DNA of 64,000 nucleotides from Faecalibacterium sp. (GCA_029264955.1 JARHYC010000007.1:11668-75667); one strand, 5' to 3'; positions 1 through 10,486 are shown, counted from the first letter of the stretch. The notes: generated by a model from the sequence alone, not told the origin. A program made the numbers and translations.

Positions 1-5
1 AAGGC

Positions 6-923
6 ATGGTCATTCGCGAACTGATTCCCATGTATCAGATGCTGTCCCAGTCTGGCACGATGAAACTGGATATCCTGCTGTATGTAGCACCGGATTCTTA
101 TGAGGATGTTAAGAAGGCGCTGAGCGCACCCGAGATCGACCCGCATATCCATGTGGGTGGCATCAAGGTGCTGTTGGATGGCTCTCCTCAGGGGCGTACC
201 GCATGGATGCGTCAGCCGTATGAGGGCGAAGCAGAATATACCGGTTATGGTACCATGACAGACGAGGCACTGGAAAATGCGTTCCTGCTGGCAGGCAAGC
301 ATAATACCCAGCTGCTGGGCCACTGCAATGGCGATGCCGCAGCAGAACAGTATCTGCGCTGCCTGAAAAAGGCAGAAGAAAAAGAGCCTCAGCTGGCAAA
401 GCTGCGACCTGTCATTGTGCATGGTCAGCTGATGGGTCGTGACCAGCTGCCCCGTGCGGCAAAGCTGGGTGCAATGGTATCGTTCTTCGTGGCACACGTC
501 TATCACTGGGGTGATGTGCATCTGCGCAACTTTGGCGCAGAGCGTGCAAACCATATCAGCGCAGCCAAGAGCGCTTTGGAAGCTGGCGTAAAGTTCACCT
601 TCCATCAGGATGCGCCGGTTATTGAGCCGGATATGCTGGAAACCGTGTGGTGCGCTGTAAACCGCGAAACCCGCAACGGTGTAACGCTGGGCAAGGAAGA
701 CGAAGGCATTTCTACGCTGGAGGCTTTGAAGGCAATTACGGTGAACGGTGCTTACCAGTATTTCTGGGAAGATCGTATCGGCACGCTGGAACCGGGTAAG
801 AAGGCTGACATGGTCATTCTGGACCGTGACCCGCTGAAGACGGCAGATGCAGATCTGCGTGAAGTGCAGGTACTGCATACCTACAAAGAAGGCAACTGCA
901 TTTACGACCGCGATATGGAATAA
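6..923 (+). CDS. Amidohydrolase 3 family metal-dependent hydrolase (probably N-terminally truncated by the window edge)
   Basis: GGIKVLLDGSPQGRTAWM, HCNGDAA, HQDAPV and GTLEPGKKADMVILDRDP motifs typical of YtcJ-like amidohydrolases. Confidence 0.8.
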   Translation: MVIRELIPMYQMLSQSGTMKLDILLYVAPDSYEDVKKALSAPEIDPHIHVGGIKVLLDGSPQGRTAWMRQPYEGEAEYTGYGTMTDEALENAFLLAGKHNTQLLGHCNGDAAAEQYLRCLKKAEEKEPQLAKLRPVIVHGQLMGRDQLPRAAKLGAMVSFFVAHVYHWGDVHLRNFGAERANHISAAKSALEAGVKFTFHQDAPVIEPDMLETVWCAVNRETRNGVTLGKEDEGISTLEALKAITVNGAYQYFWEDRIGTLEPGKKADMVILDRDPLKTADADLREVQVLHTYKEGNCIYDRDME

Positions 924-932
924 ACAGAATAA

Positions 933-971
933 AAAAGAGAGGAGCCTGGATCACAGGTTCCTCTCTTTCTT
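933..971. terminator. Bidirectional intrinsic terminator
   Basis: AGAGAGGAGCCTG / CAGGTTCCTCTCT stem between convergent genes. Confidence 0.75.
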
Positions 972-982
972 ATTGCAAGAAA

Positions 983-1675
983 TTATATAGAAGTCACTTC
1001 GGCGGGTTGGGGTGATTTCTGCTTCATAAAGCTGAAGTAGTAAGCGATGACGCAAACCGGAATTGCAGCCAAAATGTCGATGATAGAGTGCTGCTTCAAA
1101 AATACAGTGGAAATACTGATGAGGAATGCGCTCAAGCCAAATGAAAATTTCCAACCCGGTGTACGAAAACGATCAACGTGCCAGGATGCGCACAGAACGG
1201 CTACAGAGCCGATTACATGAATGGAAGGACATACATTGGTGGAAGTGTCAAATGCATACAAACTGGCAACCATGCGCGTTAAAATGTTGTCTCGTTCAAA
1301 GCTGACTGGGCGCAGTTGCTGGCAGGTGGGGAAAATCAGATAAATTACAATAGCGATGGTGTAGGAAATGATGATAAACTTCATCAAGCCGCGGAACGCA
1401 TCAATATCATACAGCAGGGTATAAAGGTGCATCCCGATGAGGTAGAGAAACCAGAACCAGTATGGAATCAGGAATAACTCACAAAAAGGAATCAAATCAT
1501 CCAAGGTGCTGTAAACCGGAAAGTAATATTTGATGGGAGACAGACGCTCTACAAATAAAAAGGCAAGTCCGTAAAGAGGCCAGTATAAAAGCATCCACAA
1601 ATGGGAAAATTCAGGGGAATTGAGGTTAGAAAAACGCAGCTTGCGGTAATCCACAACAGGTTTTAGCTTATTCAT
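983..1675 (-). CDS. PAP2 superfamily membrane phosphatase/phosphotransferase (Aur1/PAP2_3-like)
   Basis: Multiple TM helices; TNVCPSIHV and KQHSIID motifs; start ATG at 1675 overlaps the upstream stop (ATGAATAA). Confidence 0.75.
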   Translation of the reverse strand: MNKLKPVVDYRKLRFSNLNSPEFSHLWMLLYWPLYGLAFLFVERLSPIKYYFPVYSTLDDLIPFCELFLIPYWFWFLYLIGMHLYTLLYDIDAFRGLMKFIIISYTIAIVIYLIFPTCQQLRPVSFERDNILTRMVASLYAFDTSTNVCPSIHVIGSVAVLCASWHVDRFRTPGWKFSFGLSAFLISISTVFLKQHSIIDILAAIPVCVIAYYFSFMKQKSPQPAEVTSI

Positions 1676-2813
1676 GCGCAGGGGTCTCCTTTCGGGCGCA
1701 ATTTGAATCAATCAGAGATTGCACAACTTGCTCGGTGGTATTGGTGGGAAAATACTGCGCCTGTGCGGCAGACATTTTTGCCAGCTTGTCCGAATCACAT
1801 AACAGCGAAATGGTCAGCTGAACCAGCTCCGGCAGTGCTTCTGCAGTGGCTGCCATGCCGCGCTCAGTAAAGAATTTTTTGTTGTAGGCTTCGCAGCCTT
1901 CTACTGCATTAACAAAAACCATCGGCAAGCGTTTGTGGGATGCTTCGGTAACACTCAGTCCGCCGGGTTTGGTCAGATATAAATCGGCGCTGTCCATCAT
2001 AGTGGAAATATCTTTGACATAGGCATAGATGCGAACACGATCATCTGTATTGAAGGTGTCGGTTAATTTGCGGTAAAGATGCAGATTGGTGCCACAGATA
2101 ATAGAAACAATACAGTTGTCCGGTAGATTCTGACTGAGCAGATTAGCGATTTTTCGAATTGGACCGCAGCCCATACTGCCGCACATTACCATCAGATGGT
2201 GGCAATTCTGTGGCAGATTTAGTTTGCAGCGTGCCTCTTCCTTTGCCATCTTCTGATAAAAATCCAGACGGATGGGTAAACCGGTTGCAGCCAGCTTTTC
2301 CTTCGGGATACCGCGTGCAATAAAATCAGGTGCCAAATCTGCCGCAGGGATAAAGAAGGTATCCGTACAGCAATATTCCGTGCCGGGATAGCAGGTGTAG
2401 TCAGTGGGGAAAAAGCTGGTATACGCAGAGAAATCAGGGTAGCGATGCTTAATGTCACTGATCATCAATGCAGCAAAAATATGAGTACAGACAATGGTGT
2501 CATAGCCGTTTTCAGAAATGTAGCGGTACAGCCGGTCAGTACGCAGATTGAGCATTTTATAAATGCCGGAATGGGAACCGAACATACGGGAATGCTTTTC
2601 CGTGTAATTGTAACCAAAGCGGAACAGCTTTGGGCAATGACGATAAATGCGGATGAAACCGCTGGAAATAATATTCGAAATCCCTTTGGACAGAAAGCGG
2701 AATGCGTCATCCATGTCGCAAGAGATACCCTGCTTTACAAAACACTCTTGAATGGCTCTGCCACAGGCATTGTGCCCCTCACCTGTATTACAGCTTAGAA
2801 CAAGAACTCGCAT
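1668..2813 (-). CDS. GT28 MGDG-synthase/UgtP-like diacylglycerol glycosyltransferase
   Basis: SCNTGEGHNACGRA, CTHIF, PTDY, GLPIR, MCGSMG and TKPGGLSVTEA motifs. Confidence 0.85.
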   Translation of the reverse strand: MRVLVLSCNTGEGHNACGRAIQECFVKQGISCDMDDAFRFLSKGISNIISSGFIRIYRHCPKLFRFGYNYTEKHSRMFGSHSGIYKMLNLRTDRLYRYISENGYDTIVCTHIFAALMISDIKHRYPDFSAYTSFFPTDYTCYPGTEYCCTDTFFIPAADLAPDFIARGIPKEKLAATGLPIRLDFYQKMAKEEARCKLNLPQNCHHLMVMCGSMGCGPIRKIANLLSQNLPDNCIVSIICGTNLHLYRKLTDTFNTDDRVRIYAYVKDISTMMDSADLYLTKPGGLSVTEASHKRLPMVFVNAVEGCEAYNKKFFTERGMAATAEALPELVQLTISLLCDSDKLAKMSAAQAQYFPTNTTEQVVQSLIDSNCARKETPAHE

Positions 2814-3285
2814 AGGAGACCTCCTTTACCCGGTGCCTGTGCGAGACGATACCCATAAGATGCAGCAGACGGGGACGATTATATCGTTGGATTACTACAA
2901 AGGCCAGGTTTCCCGCTGTATTGAGAAATGCGACGAAAATGCCGCCAATCCCTGACCACAGCCGAATGCACCAAAGCCCGGAAATACATAACAGAAGATG
3001 AATAAATTCCGCGACGCAGGTTTCCTGTACCATGCGGGGCAGGATCTGCATATTTGCGCTATCGATTTGTTTGCGGGGCATCAGGCTCGGGAAAATTTTA
3101 CTCATATCCGGCACTTTGTTCTGCCAGGCTTTGATATGAATGCGTTCGTAAATGTGACCGCCATTTTCCCACGAAAAGCACTGATAGGGGAAACGGTCCG
3201 GACAAAACCAGCTTTTCGGCAGGATGCGCCCTAAAAGGAAAGAAAGGATTCCGGTAAAAGCCAGATAAAAAATACAAGAAAACAT
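2788..3285 (-). CDS. CrtO-like (glycosyl-4,4'-diaponeurosporenoate acyltransferase family) membrane protein
   Basis: ENGGHIYERIHIKAWQNKVPD, ETCVAEFIH and C-terminal VVIQRYNRPRL motifs. Confidence 0.7.
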   Translation of the reverse strand: MFSCIFYLAFTGILSFLLGRILPKSWFCPDRFPYQCFSWENGGHIYERIHIKAWQNKVPDMSKIFPSLMPRKQIDSANMQILPRMVQETCVAEFIHLLLCISGLWCIRLWSGIGGIFVAFLNTAGNLAFVVIQRYNRPRLLHLMGIVSHRHRVKEVSYASSCSKL

Positions 3286-3338
3286 AAAATCAGCTCACGA
3301 CCTTACTCTATATATTGAAATCTGCGCATGCGGATGGA

Positions 3339-4181
3339 TTATGTGGCGTGCAGATAATGAATGCCCAAACAGTTGGGGCCAAACTGACAAGCAGAAGCAC
3401 ACCCGGCGGAGGTTATGATGAGCTCATCAAAAGGCTGCAAGGTGCAGATCAAATCTACCGCTTTTTGCAGCAGTCCTGGGGTGAGGCCGGTGTGAGTCAG
3501 AAAAAGGCGGTCATGTTGAATGTTGGATTTGTTTTCCAGTTGATTGCGCAGATAAGCCGGAATGGTATCCTCCCAACTCCCCCGAAAACGCGCTCCGGCA
3601 GAAATCTTTCCGTGCTGCACCTGAATGGAACGGTTTTGCTGTAAGAAAGCTGCGCTGCGCAAGGCCAGATTGGCGCGCAATCCGATTTTCGGCAGATGCT
3701 GGGGGCTGCTGGGCAGAAAACTAGTGTCAAGCTGCTGCTTGATATCTTCCAGTGCATCCGCAATCTCAGCGCCATCCAATCCGGCGTGAGAAAGCTCCAC
3801 CCCGAGAATTGCTAAATGCCCAGCGCTGGAGGAAAGTGTACAACTGTCAATGACCAACACATCGGAAAGCCTGTCGGCGGCAGCCTTTGCGTTTTGAAAG
3901 GCTTGCGAACCGGCAACAGAGGTGCTGATATGTATCACCTGAAACCCATGCGCAGTGAATTGTAAAAAGAATTGCTTGTATTCTTCAGTTGATGGAGCAA
4001 ATGTAAGGGGTGGACTGACGCTTTGTTTTTCGCGTGTGTAAAGGGTGTCGCAGTCCAGCTGATCCGGAAAACGAGTATTGCCCAACTGGATATACATAGG
4101 AATATAGGTAATGTCGTACCGCTGATAGAGCTGCGCTGTAAGATCGCAGGAAGAATCACAAGTCACTTTGACTGGTTTCAT
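3339..4181 (-). CDS. DegV/FakB family fatty-acid-binding protein (divergent)
   Basis: DSSCDL, VIHISTSVAGS, VIDSCTLS and HFGP-like QFGPNCLGI; start reassigned to 4181 after the AAAGGAGG RBS. Confidence 0.8.
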   Translation of the reverse strand: MKPVKVTCDSSCDLTAQLYQRYDITYIPMYIQLGNTRFPDQLDCDTLYTREKQSVSPPLTFAPSTEEYKQFFLQFTAHGFQVIHISTSVAGSQAFQNAKAAADRLSDVLVIDSCTLSSSAGHLAILGVELSHAGLDGAEIADALEDIKQQLDTSFLPSSPQHLPKIGLRANLALRSAAFLQQNRSIQVQHGKISAGARFRGSWEDTIPAYLRNQLENKSNIQHDRLFLTHTGLTPGLLQKAVDLICTLQPFDELIITSAGCASACQFGPNCLGIHYLHAT

Positions 4182-4284
4182 AAAAGCACCTCCTTTTTCA
4201 GTATTCTGCAAGGTGCTTTCTATTGTACAGAACAAACATCAACTAAAGGTCAACCGATTGTCAACGATTGTTGAGAATTTACGA

Positions 4285-5319
4285 TTATCGGGGCAAATGC
4301 ACCACAATGCGGCATCCGCCCTCAGGAATATTTTCGGCACGGATGTCGCCGTGATAGGTGGTTAGAATTTGTTTGACCAGTGCAAGCCCCAAACCGTTGC
4401 CCTCTGCTTTGTGGGAAGAATCCCCTTGATAGAATTTATCAAACATATGGTGCTGGACGGATTCGTCAATGCCGGGCCCCTGATCCTCGATAGTGAATTC
4501 GATGTTTTGGGGTGTCTCTTTCAGGCGGAGAACAATCGTACCGTTTTGTGGACTAAACTTGATTGCGTTGCTAAGCAGGTTGGACCAGATGTGGGTGAGC
4601 ATACCTTCATTACAGGTATACTTGAGCTTGTCCATATTTACGTCAAAGTCCAATTCTTTTTTGTCCCACTCCGGCTCCAGCATTACGATGGACTGCCGAA
4701 TTTGTTCATCCAGACGAAAGGTGGTCTGGTTGGATAGAATTGCCTGATTGTCCACTTTGGATAACAGCAGAATGTTATAGACAAGGTGGGACAGACGTTG
4801 GGTGTTGAACAGAATTTTCTCTACATATTGTTCTCGCTCCTGCGGGGAGTTGTCGCTGTCGTTTTGTAAAAGGGTAGCGTAGCCCTCGATGGCACTGATG
4901 GGCGTTTTGAACTCATGGGAAACATTGGATACAAAATCTGTCTGTAAAATTTCCGTGGCGCTCAATTCCTCGACCATCAGATTGAAGTTTGCATAAATAT
5001 CCCGGAACTCTTTCAACGGATGGCGGGTTTCCAGCCGAACGCTGAAATCACCTTCAGCAACCTTGCTCATTGCTTTCCCCAGTTTTGTCATAGGCGCAAA
5101 GAACTGCTGACCGAGAAAAGAAGTAATCGCACCCCCAACAACCAGACTAATAACAAGCAACCATAAAATAGACGGCACGTTCAGTGTGATTTTGAAGAGA
5201 TGATGGACTACTTCCGAAATAAGCCAGGAAAGAACCACCACCACCAAAAGCTCCACCATAACGAGAATCGTAAAGAGCAAACGAATACTAATGCGAACTG
5301 GTTTTTTGTTGCGTATCAT
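4285..5319 (-). CDS. Sensor histidine kinase (2 TM, short external loop, HAMP, HisKA, HATPase)
   Basis: SNVSHEFKTP H-box, NLLSNAIKF, DQGPGI and GNGLGL. Confidence 0.95.
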   Translation of the reverse strand: MIRNKKPVRISIRLLFTILVMVELLVVVVLSWLISEVVHHLFKITLNVPSILWLLVISLVVGGAITSFLGQQFFAPMTKLGKAMSKVAEGDFSVRLETRHPLKEFRDIYANFNLMVEELSATEILQTDFVSNVSHEFKTPISAIEGYATLLQNDSDNSPQEREQYVEKILFNTQRLSHLVYNILLLSKVDNQAILSNQTTFRLDEQIRQSIVMLEPEWDKKELDFDVNMDKLKYTCNEGMLTHIWSNLLSNAIKFSPQNGTIVLRLKETPQNIEFTIEDQGPGIDESVQHHMFDKFYQGDSSHKAEGNGLGLALVKQILTTYHGDIRAENIPEGGCRIVVHLPR

Positions 5320-5987
5320 AGCTTTTCCACCTTATATCCCACACCACGGATGGTGACGATTTTGAAATCAGGATTATCGCGGAACCGCTCGCGCAGACGA
5401 CCGATATGTACATCGACGGTGTGCGTGTCGGTTTCGGAATCATAACCCCAAATGTCATCCATGAGCTGTTGGCGGGTGAAAATCTTTCCGGGGAAAGCTG
5501 CCATCTTGTACAGAAGCATAAACTCTTTCTGTGGCAGGAACATACTGCTTCCGTTGGTGGTGACGGTCAGCGAATCGCATTCCAGAACCGTGCTGCCGAT
5601 GACCTGTCTGCGATCATTGATCATCTGTGCGCGGCGCAAAAGCGCGCCCACGCGCAGTACCATTTCGTTCACGTTGATAGGTTTGACCATGTAATCGTCG
5701 ATACCGGATTGAAAACCGGTTCGCATATCGTCAAACGAATCCTTGGCGGTAATCATTAAAACCGGGATGCGGTCACCACTATCCCGTAAAGTGCGTACCA
5801 GCTGGTAGCCATCCATTACGGGCATCATAATGTCGGAGATAATCAGGTCGCAGTAATCCTGGGCAAGTGCATCCAGCGCTTCCTGCCCATTGGATACGCC
5901 CTTTACCGAATAACCGTTTTTTGTCAATACATGCTGAAAGAGCTGACGCAGTTCGCCGTCGTCTTCTGCAATGAGAATCTTAAACAT
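5316..5987 (-). CDS. OmpR-family response regulator
   Basis: ILIAEDD, DIMMPVMDG, DYMVKP and winged-helix TIRGVGYK; start at 5987 after GGAGG. Confidence 0.95.
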   Translation of the reverse strand: MFKILIAEDDGELRQLFQHVLTKNGYSVKGVSNGQEALDALAQDYCDLIISDIMMPVMDGYQLVRTLRDSGDRIPVLMITAKDSFDDMRTGFQSGIDDYMVKPINVNEMVLRVGALLRRAQMINDRRQVIGSTVLECDSLTVTTNGSSMFLPQKEFMLLYKMAAFPGKIFTRQQLMDDIWGYDSETDTHTVDVHIGRLRERFRDNPDFKIVTIRGVGYKVEKL

Positions 5988-6222
5988 AGTAGGACCTCCT
6001 TGAATCAAAACACAAGTTAGGTTGTGCGAATAGATAAAATATGCAATACTTCTATTATACAATACTTCGGCGTGGATACGAGAAGAAATCAAGGGTTTAC
6101 TGTAAAAAATGACCGATTTATTCCAAAATGTTATAAAAAAGAAAAAGATGCCAGACCATTCTTCACACGAATGATACGGCATCTTGTAAAAAGCAAATCA
6201 TACTATACAAATTGCAATTGGC

Positions 6223-7566
6223 TTAGGCAGCTTGCTTTGCCTGTCGGCGGGACAAAATATACATATAAGCAACACCGAAAATATCAGCCAAGATCCAGCC
6301 AATGGGAATGGAACACCAAATACCGGCAACGCCGATGGCGGGGATGGGCGAAAGAATATAAGCCAGCAGGACACGGGTGCCCAGAGAAATGATAGTCAGC
6401 ACCAGCGACATGGACGGAATTCCAATGCCACGATAATAACCATACAGCAAAAACAGCAGACCGATACCGCAGTAGAATATACCTTCAATGCGCAGATAAG
6501 ACACACCAATCGCAATAATATCTACCTTGTCCGCATCGATGAAGAACTGCATCAGCCAAGGAGCTGCCAGCGCTACAAAAATAGAAATAATCAAACAGAA
6601 GCACAGCGATACAACCACGGCGCTTTTGGTACCACGGCGGACACGCTCCCGATTGCCGGCACCGTGGTTCTGAGAGATAAACAAGGAATAGGCGTTGGCA
6701 AATTCCTGTGCGGGCATATAAGCAATGGAATCAATCTTGACCGCAGCAGCAAAAGCAGCCATGACAGCGGTACCAAAACTGTTTACCAGCCCCTGAATCA
6801 TCAGAATGCCGAAGTTCATCACAGATTGCTGAATGCAAGAGGCAGTTGAAAAATGCAGGATCTGCTGGAACGTATCGCTTTGCTTGCCAAGGCGAATCCA
6901 GTGGGGGCGCAGGGATGGCTCTTTGATCCAAGTGTAAAGCCACAAACCAATGCCAGATACAGCCTGCGCCAGAATCGTAGCAAAAGCGGCACCACGGATG
7001 CCCCAATGCAGGACGGCTACGAACAACAAATCCAGACCGATATTCAAGAAGGCAGCCACAGCCAAAAAACACAGGGGGATAAAAGAGTTACCCTGCGCGC
7101 GCAGCAAAAAAGAAAAGTAGTTGTATAGGAACACGAAAATCAAACCCAGGAAAATAACCTGCACATAATCCCGCATGATGCCGTAAATATCAGCCGGAGC
7201 CTGCAACAGATGCAGAATTGGGTCGGTAAAGACAATGACAATTGAGTTGATCACCAGCGTGACCCCGCCAATCAAAAAGAAGGCAGTGGAAATACTGTCC
7301 TTCAATTTTTGGTTGTCTTTTGCACCGATACAGCAGGAAAACACAGCGCCGCTGCCCATGCAAAGACCAATCAAAATAGACGTAATAAAGGTCATCAGGG
7401 TATAGGTGGAGCCAACAGCAGCCAATGCGTCTACGCCGATATAACGACCTACAATCAAAGTATCTGCAATGTTGTAACACTGCTGGAGCAGATTTCCTGC
7501 AATCATGGGGAAGGCAAAGCGCAGCATGGTTTTGGTAACGCTGCCCTGTGTCAAATCATTTTTCAT
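6223..7566 (-). CDS. MATE family efflux transporter
   Basis: FAFPMIAGNLLQQCYNIADTLIVG and NIGLDLLFV; about 12 TM; start at 7566. Confidence 0.9.
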   Translation of the reverse strand: MKNDLTQGSVTKTMLRFAFPMIAGNLLQQCYNIADTLIVGRYIGVDALAAVGSTYTLMTFITSILIGLCMGSGAVFSCCIGAKDNQKLKDSISTAFFLIGGVTLVINSIVIVFTDPILHLLQAPADIYGIMRDYVQVIFLGLIFVFLYNYFSFLLRAQGNSFIPLCFLAVAAFLNIGLDLLFVAVLHWGIRGAAFATILAQAVSGIGLWLYTWIKEPSLRPHWIRLGKQSDTFQQILHFSTASCIQQSVMNFGILMIQGLVNSFGTAVMAAFAAAVKIDSIAYMPAQEFANAYSLFISQNHGAGNRERVRRGTKSAVVVSLCFCLIISIFVALAAPWLMQFFIDADKVDIIAIGVSYLRIEGIFYCGIGLLFLLYGYYRGIGIPSMSLVLTIISLGTRVLLAYILSPIPAIGVAGIWCSIPIGWILADIFGVAYMYILSRRQAKQAA

Positions 7567-7670
7567 ATGGTACCTCGTATTGGTTTGTTTTGCGTTGCTA
7601 TCATACACCAAAGTGGGAAAAGACGCAAGAAAACGGTCCCTGTAAAAGAACAGAGACCGTTAAAAATCGA

Positions 7671-9005
7671 TTATTTCAACACATCGACCGTCTGGACACC
7701 GTAGTGTGCAAACAATTCCAGCGCTTCCGGACCGATGCGCTCACCGGATACTGCAATCGGGATAGCCGGCGGACAAGCCACTGTAGGGGCACCACAAATT
7801 CGCCCCAGCGATTGGCTAGCTGCAATGCATTCATGGGGGGCAAATAGTGCCTGCCGAATGGAAAGTATAGATTCTCCCTGCGCTAAAGGCAGGGAAATGT
7901 ACGATGTGGTTTCAGCAGTGTTTTTGCCCAAGACTGCTATCAGATGCAGGAAATCCTGCGGGTCGTTTTCTGGCGTGAGCATTAAAACAAGAAATTCAGG
8001 ATCGGCGTATTCACATTCGATATGATTTTCTCGCAGTAATTGCGCTAATGTAATGCCATTATGATGTGCCCCTGCCAAAATAGTCAGGCGAAGCGGATCG
8101 GTATGCTCGGTTTGCCAGCCATTTTCTGCCAGTGTACGCCGAACAGATTCCAAGGCAGCACAGGTTTCCGCCAGTCGGCGGGGAAAGCCTTCTGCCAGAT
8201 ATGCATTGCAGCGATCCAGCGAGGACAAAATCAGGTAAGATGGGCTGGTAGAACCAAACAGAACCATAGCATTTTTTGCGTCTTCCCGTAAGGAAAGGGG
8301 GGTTCCTTTGCTCATATGCAGATACGCACCGCCGGTCAGAACAGGCAAGGTTTTGTGTGCCGAATCACAGCACAGATCTGCGCCTAGATCCATGGGATGC
8401 TGGGACGGTGTGAGAAAACGCAGATACGCACCGTGTGCATTATCGACCAAAAGCCGTGTGCCGTGTGCGTGACATACCTTTGCCAGCGCAGCAACATCTG
8501 CGATATCGCCCAAATAGTCGGGGCTGGTGATATAAACCGCAGCAGGCAGCTGGGGGAGCGCATCCAATGCGCGCTCCAGCGTTTCTGCGGAAATCGGACA
8601 GCCGCAAAGTGAGCGGCTGTCGCCATCCGGCCAAAGCCATTCCACTTGGAAATCCAGCAAAGCTGCAGCAAATACAAAGGCCTTGTGCGCGTTGCGTGCT
8701 GCCAGAATCAGCGGAGCAGCACCCTTAGGGCGGTGAGTCAGTGCCAGATATAGCATCGCACGGATACATTGGCTGGAGCCCTCGGTGGAATACACCGTAC
8801 GACCTGTTCCAAACAGTTGGCTGGCATTGGCTTCACTTTGCGCAATGATGCCGTCTGCTTCATACAGTGCATCTGCACCGTTGACCTCGGTAATGTCATA
8901 AGGCTCACAGCCTAGGAAAGCAGCACCCTTATGCCCCGGCATATGAAAACGTGCCGGACCGTTTTCGGCATAATGCTTTACAAAATCCCAGATCGGTGTC
9001 TGCAT
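7671..9005 (-). CDS. Orn/Lys/Arg PLP-dependent decarboxylase (class I, no wing domain)
   Basis: FHMPGHKG, DNAHGA, DSAHKTLP (PLP lysine), STSPSY and ACPPAIP. Confidence 0.9.
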   Translation of the reverse strand: MQTPIWDFVKHYAENGPARFHMPGHKGAAFLGCEPYDITEVNGADALYEADGIIAQSEANASQLFGTGRTVYSTEGSSQCIRAMLYLALTHRPKGAAPLILAARNAHKAFVFAAALLDFQVEWLWPDGDSRSLCGCPISAETLERALDALPQLPAAVYITSPDYLGDIADVAALAKVCHAHGTRLLVDNAHGAYLRFLTPSQHPMDLGADLCCDSAHKTLPVLTGGAYLHMSKGTPLSLREDAKNAMVLFGSTSPSYLILSSLDRCNAYLAEGFPRRLAETCAALESVRRTLAENGWQTEHTDPLRLTILAGAHHNGITLAQLLRENHIECEYADPEFLVLMLTPENDPQDFLHLIAVLGKNTAETTSYISLPLAQGESILSIRQALFAPHECIAASQSLGRICGAPTVACPPAIPIAVSGERIGPEALELFAHYGVQTVDVLK

Positions 9006-9008
9006 GGA

Positions 9009-10409
9009 TCAGTCCTTCTTAGCAGCGTCTTTTTCAGCTTCTTCGGCGACCTTCATCATGACGGCGCACTCGATGCGCTTACGGAAAAGCTCACAGCCGG
9101 GCTCATATACGCCACGGATGGTGCCGGTTGCGTGGAATGCATTTGCAGCACAGCCGCCAGAGCAGTACAGCTTTGCCCAGCAATCAGCACACTCAGGACG
9201 GGCGTAAGCGTTGCAGCTGCGGAACTCTTCTCGGATGGGGTCGTTGGTCACGCCGTTCCAAACATCACCCAGCTTGTAGGCTTCTTCGCCAACGAACTGG
9301 TGGCAGGGGTACAAATCACCCCAAGGGGTAACAGCCATGTACTCGGTTCCGGAACCACAGCCGGAAATACGCTTGTAAACACAGGGACCGCCAGTCAGGT
9401 CCAGCATATAGTGATAGAAGGTAATGGGGTGCCCCTCCTTCTTGCGGCGCAGCATATCCTTTGCCAGAATCTCGTACTGCTCCTTGACGATTTCCATATC
9501 CTCTTCGGTCAGGCGAGCGGGATCGTCAGGACCGCAAACCACAGGTTCCATGCTCAGCTTGTCGAAACCCAAATCATCTGCCATGTGGAACAGATCCTTG
9601 GTGAAGTCCGGGTTTGCGTGGGTGAAGGTGCCGCGCATATAATATTCCTTGTCGCCGCGTGCAGCAACCAGCTTCTGGAACTTGGGCACGATGCGCTCAT
9701 AGCTGCCGTGACCAGCATAGTCTACACGGGTACGGTCGTGGATTTCCTTGCGGCCGTCCAGAGACAGAACCACGTTGCTCATTTCACGGTTTGCAAAGTC
9801 AATGACATCATCATCAATCAGCATACCATTGGTGGTCAAGGTGAAGCGGAAGTTTTTGCCGCGCTCCTTTTCTACGCTGCGCGCATAGGCAACCAACTGT
9901 TTGACAACATCCCAGTTCATCAGGGGTTCGCCGCCGAAGAAGTCAACTTCCAGATTGCGGCGGGTGCCGGAGTGATCCATCAGGAAGTCCAGAGCTTGCT
10001 TACCCACCTCAAAGCTCATGATTGCACGCTCGCCGTGATACTTGCCCTGGCTTGCGAAGCAGTAAGAACAGTTTAGGTTGCAGGTGTGTGCAACGTGCAG
10101 GCACAGAGCCTTGACAACGTTGCCGGAGCGCTCCTTAAAAGTGCCAGCCATTTCAGCAAAGGTGTCTGGGGTGAACAGCTTGCCAGCGTTCTTCAGGGCT
10201 TCCACGTCTTCGATGCAAGCACGGATTTCGTCCTCGTTTACGTCGGGGCGGTCGCCGTACTTTGCCAGCATAGCCTCGACGATCTGGTCAGGGGTGTGGT
10301 CCTGATACATAGCGATGATGTCGTAAGCGACTTCATCTACAGAATGAATCGAGCCGGAGCAAGAGTCCAGCACGATGTTGTAGCCGTTGAGTTGATACTG
10401 ATGTACCAT
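9009..10409 (-). CDS. scfB: SCIFF radical SAM thioether-forming maturase with SPASM domain
   Basis: CNLNCSYC radical SAM motif, FFGGEPLMN, GCGSGTEY, PCHQF and CxxC...CSGGCAAN. Confidence 0.95.
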   Translation of the reverse strand: MVHQYQLNGYNIVLDSCSGSIHSVDEVAYDIIAMYQDHTPDQIVEAMLAKYGDRPDVNEDEIRACIEDVEALKNAGKLFTPDTFAEMAGTFKERSGNVVKALCLHVAHTCNLNCSYCFASQGKYHGERAIMSFEVGKQALDFLMDHSGTRRNLEVDFFGGEPLMNWDVVKQLVAYARSVEKERGKNFRFTLTTNGMLIDDDVIDFANREMSNVVLSLDGRKEIHDRTRVDYAGHGSYERIVPKFQKLVAARGDKEYYMRGTFTHANPDFTKDLFHMADDLGFDKLSMEPVVCGPDDPARLTEEDMEIVKEQYEILAKDMLRRKKEGHPITFYHYMLDLTGGPCVYKRISGCGSGTEYMAVTPWGDLYPCHQFVGEEAYKLGDVWNGVTNDPIREEFRSCNAYARPECADCWAKLYCSGGCAANAFHATGTIRGVYEPGCELFRKRIECAVMMKVAEEAEKDAAKKD

Positions 10410-10452
10410 AAAAAGGTTCCTCCGTTATTTGGGATAATGAGAATATAGACAG

Positions 10453-10486
10453 AAAAAGGTGCCGCCTGAAACGGCGGCACCTTTTT
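10453..10486. terminator. Intrinsic terminator/stability hairpin between scfA and scfB
   Basis: AAAAAGGTGCCGCC / GGCGGCACCTTTTT perfect stem. Confidence 0.8.

Noticed and set aside
2788-3285. Carotenoid (staphyloxanthin) gene cluster
   Set aside because: No crtM, crtN, crtP or crtQ-like genes are present in the window
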